A stretch of 49,886 nucleotides of DNA from a virus (taxonomy: Duplodnaviria; Caudoviricetes): positions 1 through 49,886 of IMG/VR virus record IMGVR_UViG_3300020016_000008. One strand, 5' to 3'. The position numbers and the translations under genes were made by a program. Numbering within the stretch: the stretch's first letter is position 1; each line of letters starts with the position of its first letter. The notes under the pieces were generated by a model. The model was not told the origin of the DNA and did not search any database. It saw nothing but the letters and a program-made list of their open reading frames with translations. Shown here in pieces: positions 8,447 to 16,479 of the stretch.

Positions 8447-8833
8447 TCACGAATGCAGCAATTCGAGCTTGTCGCTGCCGCCTTTGGGCTTGGCCTTGCG
8501 CAGCGCGGCCTTGCCGAGATTGGTGTCGCCGAACGCGCCCAGCGCTTCGAGCATCGCCTCGTAATCGGCCGCGTCATCCGCTTCCAGCTCGGAGATGCGC
8601 TGTTCGATCTTGCGCTCGCTGCGATGCTTGGCAATGACCGTGCGCAGCGCTTCCATATTCACGCCGCTCTCGCGCGCTTCCTTCATGATGTTGCGGATCT
8701 GCCCGCGCGGACCTTTGCACGCGTCCATGTGCTCGACCTTGAGCTTGATCAGCCGGTCATCGGCTTTGTCAATTGCTTTCAGATACTTCTCAAGCTGCTC
8801 AAAACCGTTCGATCCTTCACGCTCTGGCGCCAT
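8447..8833 (-). CDS. GapR-like (DUF2312/UPF0335) nucleoid-associated protein
   Basis: L..Y...I......I..IMKEARESGVNMEALR.VI..R...Y..ML.ALG pattern. Confidence 0.7.
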   Translation of the reverse strand: MAPEREGSNGFEQLEKYLKAIDKADDRLIKLKVEHMDACKGPRGQIRNIMKEARESGVNMEALRTVIAKHRSERKIEQRISELEADDAADYEAMLEALGAFGDTNLGKAALRKAKPKGGSDKLELLHS

Positions 8834-9092
8834 GTTGCTTTCTCCCGTTCCTGTTGCGCCACCGCTTGGTCGCGGGGTGCGACGGCGGCGGGTAGAGATC
8901 GGGCCTGATTTTGTGCCGGGGAATCTCAAGGAGCTGCTCGACCTGGAGAACGTGGTGGGCTGGCACTTGCTGCCATTGCCAAATGCCGCCAGGAAGGATG
9001 CCGAGAGCTTGTGCAAGGCGAGGCGCGGTGCCGCGCACGGTTCGCACCATGTGCAGCACAGGATCGATCTGCTGCTCGCGAGGCTTGCTCAT
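8817..9092 (-). CDS. Cro/YdaS-like transcriptional regulator
   Basis: LAQALGI...IWQWQQVP...VE...IPRH.IRPDLY; first gene of the leftward operon. Confidence 0.85.
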   Translation of the reverse strand: MSKPREQQIDPVLHMVRTVRGTAPRLAQALGILPGGIWQWQQVPAHHVLQVEQLLEIPRHKIRPDLYPPPSHPATKRWRNRNGRKQHGARA

Positions 9093-9526
9093 CTGAAAAA
9101 TTCCCCGGTTTGTCAGGCTGGTGCCAAGAGCATTGAGCGCACATCCGCGCAGGATCAATAGCGAAGTCAAAAGGCCAACGGATATTTTGCAGTTCGCCGT
9201 TAGCGCTGCTGACGGTCAGAAAAAAAAGTTTACCCGGTTGCGGAATACCAAAAAAGTTTACGCCGGTGTTCGTATCGATACCGTATCGCTTCGCAATACA
9301 AGTATGGCGTTGTGCGCCGAGCAGCACCAAAAGTGTGGCGCGACTTGACAGCGCAATTGTTTTGTCAGTTTAACTAGCGATGAAATTGCCGAGGCGTCTA
9401 GACGCACCCTTATAATCTATAAGCACTCGGCAAACTCGACCACCACACGACCAATCCCGCCGAGGCTTATCGTCAACATGGGACCAATCCTCATGGTGGC
9501 TATTGCGACCGCATGCGACCGCCTGC
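9093..9526. promoter_or_regulatory. divergent control region
   Basis: AT-rich; TTGACA at 9345 inside the TGACA-N12-TGTCA inverted repeat; TATAAT at 9411; duplicated AAAAAAGTTTAC at about 9222 and 9250. Confidence 0.5.
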
Positions 9527-9574
9527 GCGCCCGGCCACTCCTTCGGTGATGCCCAGCCGGCAACTGCCGGGCGC
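9527..9574 (+). ncRNA. TIGR-like single unit in the operon leader
   Basis: GCGCCCGG-CCA-CTCCTTCGG-TGATGCCCA-GCCGGCAAC-TG-CCGGGCGC, preceded by two orphan TGCGACCGC half-stems. Confidence 0.9.
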
Positions 9575-9601
9575 CCCCTCTCTCTTTGATCGGATAACCA
9601 G

Positions 9602-10228
9602 ATGACACAAACCAGAACCACGCTGCACGATCTTGCGAAATTCGCCGCCGAAGTTTTGCAGCAAAATGGCAATGACCCCGAAAAAGCATTGCCAAAATTC
9701 GATGCCGCTTTGAAGAAACGCGACGATCTGCGCCATGCCGTGCTCTTCGATTATCTCCAGCGCTTACAGCCGGCGAAGCCGCGCACCCCTCGCGTGAAAA
9801 GCGTGCATGTCGACGAGCACCGTCGGCGCCGCCCCCGCAGCGACGAGGAACGCAAAGGGGAACTCATGTCGGCTGCACACCACGGCGAAGTGCTACGCTC
9901 TGTTTTTGAACATGAGGTCAATAATCGGCCGGTCGGGAAATTCCGTTGGGGCGAGCTGACTTTGGCGGTGCGGGAGAACGCGTACAACGCCGCGAGCTAT
10001 TTGCGCCTCGGCACCGAAGCTACTGCCAACGCGCTACTACTCGACAAGATTCATGGTCACGCCTCGGTCGACGATCACGAAAAGCTCGTTAACCAAGTAC
10101 TCAGCCCGAAACAATTGCAAGCATATCTCGACGAGGCGCGCCGCGAGGCGCCGTTGCGAATTGAAGAGGGAATGCACCGCTATGCCGCCAGCCTCGAAGT
10201 TAGCCAGCCGCAGGAGTTGATCCAATGA
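9602..10228 (+). CDS. hypothetical protein, translationally coupled to the Tas-like gene
   Basis: 208-aa helical ORF; ATGA overlap with 10225. Confidence 0.8.
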   Translation: MTQTRTTLHDLAKFAAEVLQQNGNDPEKALPKFDAALKKRDDLRHAVLFDYLQRLQPAKPRTPRVKSVHVDEHRRRRPRSDEERKGELMSAAHHGEVLRSVFEHEVNNRPVGKFRWGELTLAVRENAYNAASYLRLGTEATANALLLDKIHGHASVDDHEKLVNQVLSPKQLQAYLDEARREAPLRIEEGMHRYAASLEVSQPQELIQ

Positions 10229-11100
10229 GAGCGCCGGACTTAACCAGGATCGAAGTCGTTAATTTCATTCGCGCCGAGCACCGCCGGCGGCGCTTCGCAA
10301 TGAAGGTGCAACAGAAACTCGACCGTGCGCTTGAATCATTCGTGCGCCGCAACTGCACCGATTGGACTTTCGACGCTGATGAGAAACAGCGCAAGGCGTT
10401 CAATGAACAGACCGCGGCGATCATCAAAGCGGCGAGAGCTGGCGAAGGCGATCCGGTCATTGTCGAATTGATCCAAGCGACCGAGCGCGGCCGCGCGCCG
10501 TTTGATGCGATGCGCAAGGCGGCCGAGAAGAAAATGGCGGAACTCGCGGAGACATTGCCGGTCGCGGAATGGATACGGGACAAGGTACATGGCGCCGGAA
10601 TGCTCGGCATGGCGACGATCGTGGCAGAAGCCGGCGATCTGTCGAACTATTCAAATCCCGCGAAGCTATGGAGCCGATTGGGATACGCCCCGTTCGACGG
10701 GCACGCGGGATCGACGTGGAAGCGGGCCACATGGCGGTCGCGCGCGCTCACTGCGGAAGAATGGGTCGAGCACCCCTTCGCAGGGGAGCGTTACGCCCTC
10801 ATGTTCTCGATCGCCGATTCACTTTGGCGAGCGCAGTGGGTCTCTGCCAAGAAAGCCGGCGCCGAGGAAGGCCACGCGGATGGCGCGTATGGTGAAGTTT
10901 ACGCCGCCCGCCGTGCGCACACGTTCACCACCCATCCAGACTGGTCAAAAATGCACCGGCGGATGGACGCGTTGCGGGTCATGATGAAACAGTTTCTCGT
11001 CGATCTCTGGCAGCAGTGGCACCGCGAGCCTTCATCGGCGCCGGTGCCCAAACTCACGCCGAAACCTCGGCAGGGTCGAACTCGGAAACCCAAGACATGA
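10225..11100 (+). CDS. tasA: Nop-domain RNA-guided protein, TasA-like (no RuvC/HNH)
   Basis: Coiled coil followed by the IS110/Nop signature VHGAG..GMATIVAEAGDLSNY.NPAKLWSRLGYAP and C-terminal H...ALRVMMKQFLVDLW..W; no DEDD RuvC domain; directly followed by a dual-spacer array. Confidence 0.85.
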   Translation: MRAPDLTRIEVVNFIRAEHRRRRFAMKVQQKLDRALESFVRRNCTDWTFDADEKQRKAFNEQTAAIIKAARAGEGDPVIVELIQATERGRAPFDAMRKAAEKKMAELAETLPVAEWIRDKVHGAGMLGMATIVAEAGDLSNYSNPAKLWSRLGYAPFDGHAGSTWKRATWRSRALTAEEWVEHPFAGERYALMFSIADSLWRAQWVSAKKAGAEEGHADGAYGEVYAARRAHTFTTHPDWSKMHRRMDALRVMMKQFLVDLWQQWHREPSSAPVPKLTPKPRQGRTRKPKT

Positions 11101-11108
11101 ATCTAATT

Positions 11109-11641
11109 GCGGTCGCCAGTCGGCGCGTGAAGCCCAGGACAGCATTGCGACCGCCGAGCCCGGCCAGTTCAACACTGATGCCCATCGGTCGCGTGCCGGG
11201 CTCCCCTCTTCGAACTGCGGTCGCCACCGGCGCATTGATGCCCATCGAACCTGTGCGACCGCCCGCGCCCGGCCAAGCGGCACGTGATGCCCCTTCACGA
11301 GATGCCGGGCGCCCTCTTTCACGAACTGCGGTCGCCAGCGCAAATCTGATGCCCACTGTACTGGTGCGACCGCCGAGCCCGGCCACTTGTAGATTGATGC
11401 CCAGGGAGAGCGTGCCGGGCTCACCTATCCGAACTGCGGTCACCAGCACGTCAGTGATGCCCAGGGCCAAGCTGCGACCGCCTGCGCCCGGCCAGGTCAG
11501 GTTTGATGCCCACTCCACGGATGCCGGGCGCCCCTATCCGAACTGCGGTCGCCACTTGACCATTGATGCCCAACGATCAGATGCGACCGCCCTGCGCCCG
11601 GCCACTCCTTCGGTGATGCCCACTCCACGGATGCCGGGCGC
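11109..11641 (+). ncRNA. TIGR-like stem-loop array, 10 units with paired 9-nt spacers
   Basis: Units start at 11109, 11156, 11217, 11265, 11328, 11375, 11436, 11484, 11545 and 11594; each is stem-CCA-N9-TGATGCCCA-N9-TG-stem; stems alternate GCGGTCG/CGACCGC and G(A or C)GCCCGG/CCGGGC(T or G)C. Confidence 0.93.
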
Positions 11642-11668
11642 CCCTCTTGCATGGCCGGAATCTGACGC

Positions 11669-12451
11669 ATGCTAACCTTCACTCAAATCGAGGCACGCAA
11701 AGGCCGGCTCACCGGCTCGCGCATCGCGTGCCTCATGACGGCCGATGCGCCGGCAATCCTGCGTCTTTACCGCGAAATGATCGGCGAGGAGCAAGAGGAG
11801 GATCTGTCAAGGATCTGGCCGGTGCAGCTCGGATCGGCAACCGAGCAGCTCAATCTCGACTGGTACGAAATGAAAGGGAATCCATTGTCGCGGCGCGGCG
11901 AGGTCGTCATACATCCGCGTCATGATTGGGCAGCGGCAACGCTCGACGCCTGGGACGACACGCTTGCCTGCCCAGTCGAAGCGAAACATTGCGGCGGCCG
12001 TGAGCCGTTCGAGGTCGTCGTCGACCGATACCAGCCGCAGCTACAGTGGGAATGTGAGGTTACAGGCGCAACGCAATGCGTTTTCTCCGTCATCATGGGC
12101 GCAAACGAGCCGGTCGTCGAATACATCGACCGTCACCCCGGATATGCCGGCGAGATGGTCAGGCGCGGCCAGCAGTTCATGCATTGCGTTGCAGCTCGGA
12201 CACCGCCGGTGGTGCTCCCTGCCGTCCCGCCGCCGGTCGATGCTTCCAAGATTTACGATTTCACTGGGGACAACCGATGGGCCAATTCCGCGGCGACCTG
12301 GCTTGCGACGAAAGCTTACGCTCACGAGTGCATCGAGGCTGAAAAATATCTCAAATCTATCGTGCCCGAGGACGCCAAGAAAGTCACCGGTTACGGCGTT
12401 CAGATAACCCGCGATCGCGCCCGTCGCTTATCACTGAGGGAGATGACATGA
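11669..12451 (+). CDS. YqaJ/lambda-exonuclease-like protein
   Basis: R...LTGS, G...E, ATLDAW..VEAK and Y.PQLQW motifs. Confidence 0.88.
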   Translation: MLTFTQIEARKGRLTGSRIACLMTADAPAILRLYREMIGEEQEEDLSRIWPVQLGSATEQLNLDWYEMKGNPLSRRGEVVIHPRHDWAAATLDAWDDTLACPVEAKHCGGREPFEVVVDRYQPQLQWECEVTGATQCVFSVIMGANEPVVEYIDRHPGYAGEMVRRGQQFMHCVAARTPPVVLPAVPPPVDASKIYDFTGDNRWANSAATWLATKAYAHECIEAEKYLKSIVPEDAKKVTGYGVQITRDRARRLSLREMT

Positions 12452-13194
12452 CCGTCCCTGCCAAAGCCGACATCATGAACAGCGTGATTACCAAGGGCGA
12501 TCTATCGGAACTGACTCCCGAGGAGCGGGTGCGTTATTACGGAGAAGTTTGCGACAGCGTCGGCCTCAATCCGCTGACCAAGCCGTTCGAATACATCACG
12601 TTGAACAATAAGCTGACATTGTATGCGTTGCGCAATTGCACTGATCAACTACGCACCCTTCACGGCGTGTCGGTCGTGGAGCTCGCCGAAAGCGAGCGAG
12701 AGGGAATCTTCATTGTCACCGCCAAGGTGACCAATCGGCAAGGCCGAACCGACATGGCAAAGGGCGCCGTGGCTATTGCGAATCTCAAGGGTGATGTGCT
12801 CGCCAACGCGCTTATGAAATGCGAGACGAAAGCCAAGCGCCGCGCCACACTATCGATTTGCGGACTAGGTTTCGTGCTCGATGAGACCGAGATCGCCGAT
12901 ATTCCGATCACGCATCGGACCCCTCCGCCCCCCGCGCCAAACGTGATGCTGTCCGCGCACGACCCCGAAACCGGCGAAGTTTTGCCGCATGCGCCGAACG
13001 CTGCGGCGGAACAGGTCGCCCCGCCCGACAATCAGAGACCCACGGGCGGGGCGAGTCTGTCTTTCGAGGACATGGCGCGCGAGGCGGCTATGCGTGGCGA
13101 AGCTGCATTCAAGGCATTTTACAAAAGCCGCAGCGCGAAGGAACGGGAAGCGCTCAATGCGATGGGTGATGAGCTGCGAGGCCTGATGACATGA
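12448..13194 (+). CDS. single-strand annealing recombinase (RecT/Bet-like)
   Basis: GLNPL..., MKCETKAKRRA motif; coupled to the exonuclease gene. Confidence 0.75.
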   Translation: MTVPAKADIMNSVITKGDLSELTPEERVRYYGEVCDSVGLNPLTKPFEYITLNNKLTLYALRNCTDQLRTLHGVSVVELAESEREGIFIVTAKVTNRQGRTDMAKGAVAIANLKGDVLANALMKCETKAKRRATLSICGLGFVLDETEIADIPITHRTPPPPAPNVMLSAHDPETGEVLPHAPNAAAEQVAPPDNQRPTGGASLSFEDMAREAAMRGEAAFKAFYKSRSAKEREALNAMGDELRGLMT

Positions 13195-13238
13195 GAGCGG
13201 CCAGAGAGCTGCACGAGAGAGTTGAGCCCATGAGTTTG

Positions 13239-13334
13239 GCGGTCGCCAGCATGTCGATGATGCCCAGGGGACTGATGCGACCGCCTGCGCCCGGCCGCTT
13301 GTTGGCTGATGCCTAGTGCGCGTGTGCCGGGCGC
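13239..13334 (+). ncRNA. TIGR-like satellite array (2 units)
   Basis: GCGGTCG-CCA-GCATGTCGA-TGATGCCCA-GGGGACTGA-TG-CGACCGC then GCGCCCGG-CCG-CTTGTTGGC-TGATGCCTA-GTGCGCGTG-TG-CCGGGCGC. Confidence 0.9.
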
Positions 13335-13384
13335 TCTTCTTCTCTGCCTGCGATGCGATCCGAACCGAACATGAAGATTGACCC

Positions 13385-13972
13385 ATGGCACTGAAAGAAT
13401 TCGAAAACGCAGATGAACTTATGGCGTTTTACCGTGACCTACGCGCGCGCACGCGGTCCTGGGCACCGAGGCCAGCGCCGCCGCCAGCACCCGAGCCCGA
13501 GCCTGATGAGCCAGAACCGGAACCACTATCACCGCCGCCGCTGCTGCCGTTGACGCCACTCCGACGGATCGTCCTAGCGGTCGCGCACGAGTTCGGCATG
13601 CCGGTGGGAGTGATCTGTTCGCGCTCCTGCGTTCAGTCGGTCGTTGTGCCCAGGCACGTCGTTGTCTTGTTGGCCAAGGAGTTAACCAACTCAACACATT
13701 CTCAGATTGGCAATGCCATTGGTCATCGCGACCACAGTTGTGTTGGCAATTCGGTCGCCTCCTTGAAAGGCAAGATGATCAACAACCCCGCTCTTGCGCT
13801 GAGAGTGGAGCGCTTGCGGCACAGGCTTCTGGAACTGGGACAACTGGAGGAACGTGACAATGGATGCGACCAAGATTCTGAGCGAGCGCGAGATCATGCA
13901 GCGTGTGGACAGGACGCTGCTGCATCTGGACCGGTTGTTGAATGCCAAGGAGATGGACCGAGAGTCGTATGA
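13385..13972 (+). CDS. DnaA C-terminal (domain IV) HTH-like protein
   Basis: VVVPRHV...LAKELT..T..QIG..IGHRDHS.V motif. Confidence 0.8.
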   Translation: MALKEFENADELMAFYRDLRARTRSWAPRPAPPPAPEPEPDEPEPEPLSPPPLLPLTPLRRIVLAVAHEFGMPVGVICSRSCVQSVVVPRHVVVLLAKELTNSTHSQIGNAIGHRDHSCVGNSVASLKGKMINNPALALRVERLRHRLLELGQLEERDNGCDQDSERARDHAACGQDAAASGPVVECQGDGPRVV

Positions 13973-14048
13973 TGACGCCGTGCGTCATCTCGCGTTGTGG
14001 GAAGAGAGCGCCATGCTGGCCGCTCGCGCCGCAGGGGTGCAGCCATGA
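13854..14048 (+). CDS. hypothetical protein
   Basis: GGAGG RBS; ATGA-coupled to the next gene. Confidence 0.55.
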   Translation: MTMDATKILSEREIMQRVDRTLLHLDRLLNAKEMDRESYDDAVRHLALWEESAMLAARAAGVQP

Positions 14049-14581
14049 TCGATCCAACCATCCCCGACGACGCCTTGTTGAAGCAATGGCTGCTTCCGCT
14101 GGTCGGGCATGCCGTTGAATTCGAGCGCACTGGCCGGCACGTCGTGGCCGCTGCGGCGCTGGTGACGGTCAGAGGGCGATATGCGGCGCTGAACTCCACC
14201 GACCTCGCCGCCGACGAACAAAGCTGGTCCGCCTTTGCGGGCAAGCATATCCCGCTGTCACCCGAGCGGATCGACGAACTGATCGGCGGCATGGTCCACC
14301 GCGGCGGCCTGCTGCGCTGCACGAAATGCGGTACCCCAGCACTCTGTCCATGTGGATGCGGCGTGCCCTATGCCGTCGAGCACCGCGCCTGGGCCGAGCC
14401 GATCGCCAAGGTCGCGACTGCGCTCGAGCGCGCCGCCGCCGCCGTCACCGCGAATCCCGCGCGATCCAACCGCGCCATCGCCAAGGAAATTGGTGTGAGC
14501 GATCAGACCGTTAGACGCGCTCGCCGGCAGTTCGAGGATTACGGGAGCGATGTCGCACTCGATCACGCACCCCCGAAGTAG
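14045..14581 (+). CDS. Cys-motif plus C-terminal HTH protein
   Basis: CTKC..CPCGC and SNRAIAKEIGVSDQTVRRAR. Confidence 0.7.
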   Translation: MIDPTIPDDALLKQWLLPLVGHAVEFERTGRHVVAAAALVTVRGRYAALNSTDLAADEQSWSAFAGKHIPLSPERIDELIGGMVHRGGLLRCTKCGTPALCPCGCGVPYAVEHRAWAEPIAKVATALERAAAAVTANPARSNRAIAKEIGVSDQTVRRARRQFEDYGSDVALDHAPPK

Positions 14582-14593
14582 GAGTGGGCGTAG

Positions 14594-14827
14594 ATGCCAC
14601 GCCGCATCAATTCCTCGCACAACATCACGCTGGAATGCTTTACCCGCGAGGAGTTCTGCGCGGCCCACCGCATTGGGCGGACCATGTACCACGAGCTGCG
14701 AAAGTCGGGGAAGGGCCCGGTCGAGATGCGCATCGGCGCCAAGATTTTGATTTCCCGGGAAAGCGCCGCTGCCTGGCGTGCTGCGCGCGATGCCGAAGCC
14801 AATGAGTTCGCGAACTCCTCCGGATGA
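14594..14827 (+). CDS. AlpA/excisionase-like DNA-binding protein
   Basis: FT.EEFC..H.IGRTMY..L...G.GP...RIG...LIS.E....W. Confidence 0.75.
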   Translation: MPRRINSSHNITLECFTREEFCAAHRIGRTMYHELRKSGKGPVEMRIGAKILISRESAAAWRAARDAEANEFANSSG

Positions 14828-14988
14828 GAACCCGGCGCGCAAGGAGCGAGCGAGGGAGACCAGCCCGTTGACCGGACGGCGCGCCGGTAGGGCTGGTCTC
14901 CCGCCCGGTCCAGAAATTTGAGATGGGACACGCCGCCCGGGCGCCTTCCATTTTATGCAATCGCTAGGTAATATGACGGAGTTGCGTT

Positions 14989-15336
14989 GTGTCGGATGAC
15001 CCCCTGCTGACGCCGAAGGAAACCGCCGCGGTCTTGCGGGTCTCGCTCGACACGCTCGACGGCATCGTCGCCGACGGCGATCTGGTTTTCGTCAATGTCG
15101 GCCGCGGCGTCCGCAAACCTCGTCGGATGTTCGCGCGCTCGGACATCGATGGCTTTATCAACCGGCGCAAACGGAGACGGCAGCCGTGTATCTCTACAAA
15201 AGGGACCGCTCGAAAGTCTGGCAGGCTGAAATCTGGATCGAGGGCCAGCAATATCGTCGATCTACCGGGCACACAGATAAAAGACTGGCGGCAGCGACTG
15301 CGCGCAGCCAGGAAGCCGACATCAGAACGCAACTGA
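14989..15336 (+). CDS. excisionase-like HTH protein
   Basis: LLTPKETAAVLRVS..TL...V..G.L; overlaps the integrase 5' end. Confidence 0.75.
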   Translation: MSDDPLLTPKETAAVLRVSLDTLDGIVADGDLVFVNVGRGVRKPRRMFARSDIDGFINRRKRRRQPCISTKGTARKSGRLKSGSRASNIVDLPGTQIKDWRQRLRAARKPTSERN

Positions 15337-16403
15337 GCGCGCAGGCCGCGGCCGGCTCATCGTTGGCGCTCGAGGCGGTTCAGCTTCGCTACATGGCCGC
15401 GATCGAGCAGGGTGATGCCGCGGCCGACAACACCGCCCGGCTGCTGGCGCTCATTCTCACGCATCCCGCCTTCCCGCCGACCAAGCTGATCACCGAGATC
15501 ACCCATGACGATGCGGTGGGCCTGCGCAACTGGCGGCGCGGCCACAAGGTCGGCAAGGGCAGGAGCGCGCGGCCGATCTCGGCCTACACCGTCAATGACA
15601 CCATTGAGCAGCTCAAGAAGCTGTTCACCTTCCTCAAGGCGCAGAAGGTCGTGTGCCCGCACGAGCCGGTCTGGAAGGAGCTGTGGCTATCCGAGCCGCG
15701 CGAGCATGTGCGCGAGCTCGGTGCCGACGAGGAGGAGGTGCTCGACGACATCCGTGCCGACTATCTGCCGCTGGTTCAGTTTTCGCTGATGACGGGCAAG
15801 CGCAAGACGAGCTGCTTCACGCTCACCTGGGATCAGGTGAAGTGGGACCGCGGCGTCATCCACATGACCGGCAAGGGGACTGGCGGCGGCAAGCCGGTGA
15901 CGGTGGCGATCACCGCCTCGATCCGCGCGGTGTTGTGGCCGCTCTACGTTGGCCGCGCCGACAATGCGGGCGCACCGGAGGCGGCCAAGCGCGTGTTCAC
16001 GTTCGTTGCCGAGCGCACGCTCGACAAGGTGATCAAGGGCCGCCGGCACAGCTTCGTGACGGGGCGGCGCTATCCGATCACCCGGGATGGGCTGCGGCGG
16101 GCCTGGAACACATGGCGTGACCGGCACGGGCTGCGCCATGGCAACAACCGGCTGCGCTGGCACGATCTGCGGCACGACTTTGCCAGCAAGCTGTTGCGGT
16201 CGATCGACAGCGCCGATGGCGTCAAGGTGGTGCAAGCGGCGCTTGATCATGCCGACATCTCGACCACGCTCAACACCTATTCGCACTTGCTAGAGGGGCG
16301 GGTGGCGGAGGCGGTGGAGGCGTTGGCAGCCGCACGCGCGGCGCCAAAACCCCGCACACTTGCCCCGCACACCGCCACCCTGAAGGTCGTGAAAGGCCGA
16401 TGA
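15186..16403 (+). CDS. int: tyrosine integrase
   Basis: TGKRK (R), RWHDLRH (HxxR) and LDHADISTTLNTYSH (H, Y); adjacent att site. Confidence 0.95.
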   Translation: MYLYKRDRSKVWQAEIWIEGQQYRRSTGHTDKRLAAATARSQEADIRTQLSAQAAAGSSLALEAVQLRYMAAIEQGDAAADNTARLLALILTHPAFPPTKLITEITHDDAVGLRNWRRGHKVGKGRSARPISAYTVNDTIEQLKKLFTFLKAQKVVCPHEPVWKELWLSEPREHVRELGADEEEVLDDIRADYLPLVQFSLMTGKRKTSCFTLTWDQVKWDRGVIHMTGKGTGGGKPVTVAITASIRAVLWPLYVGRADNAGAPEAAKRVFTFVAERTLDKVIKGRRHSFVTGRRYPITRDGLRRAWNTWRDRHGLRHGNNRLRWHDLRHDFASKLLRSIDSADGVKVVQAALDHADISTTLNTYSHLLEGRVAEAVEALAAARAAPKPRTLAPHTATLKVVKGR

Positions 16404-16433
16404 AATAAGTGGAAGTCGCATCGCGCCCCCCAA

Positions 16434-16479
16434 TCTGGGGGACTGGGGGTCCCGAGTTCAAATCTCGGCGCTCCGACCA
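16434..16479 (+). other. attP core = 3' half of tRNA-Pro(GGG)
   Basis: TCTGGGGGACTGGGGGTCCCGAGTTCAAATCTCGGCGCTCCGACCA covers the anticodon loop, T-arm and CCA with no 5' half; directly downstream of int. Confidence 0.88.

Noticed and set aside
9453-9465. 13-nt match (AATCCCGCCGAGG) to the reverse complement of positions 7-19 near cos
   Set aside because: 13-mer coincidences are expected in a 50-kb GC-rich genome, and there is no complete guide unit here
10225-11100. IS110 transposase / insertion sequence
   Set aside because: It lacks the N-terminal DEDD RuvC-like domain; it has a multi-spacer array rather than IS ends
11109-11641. CRISPR array
   Set aside because: Variable segments are only 9 nt, come in pairs inside hairpins, and no cas genes are present
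11016-11675. 219-aa repetitive ORF (and antisense ORFs) across the array
   Set aside because: The periodic LMP/RPP peptide is simply the translated repeat; conservation follows RNA hairpin geometry, not codons
13197-13238. Possible extra degenerate unit (CCA...TGAGCCCA) before the satellite pair
   Set aside because: Spacing is not 9+9 and there is no closing stem
16434-16479. Functional tRNA gene
   Set aside because: The 5' acceptor strand and D-arm are absent; interpreted as the attP core
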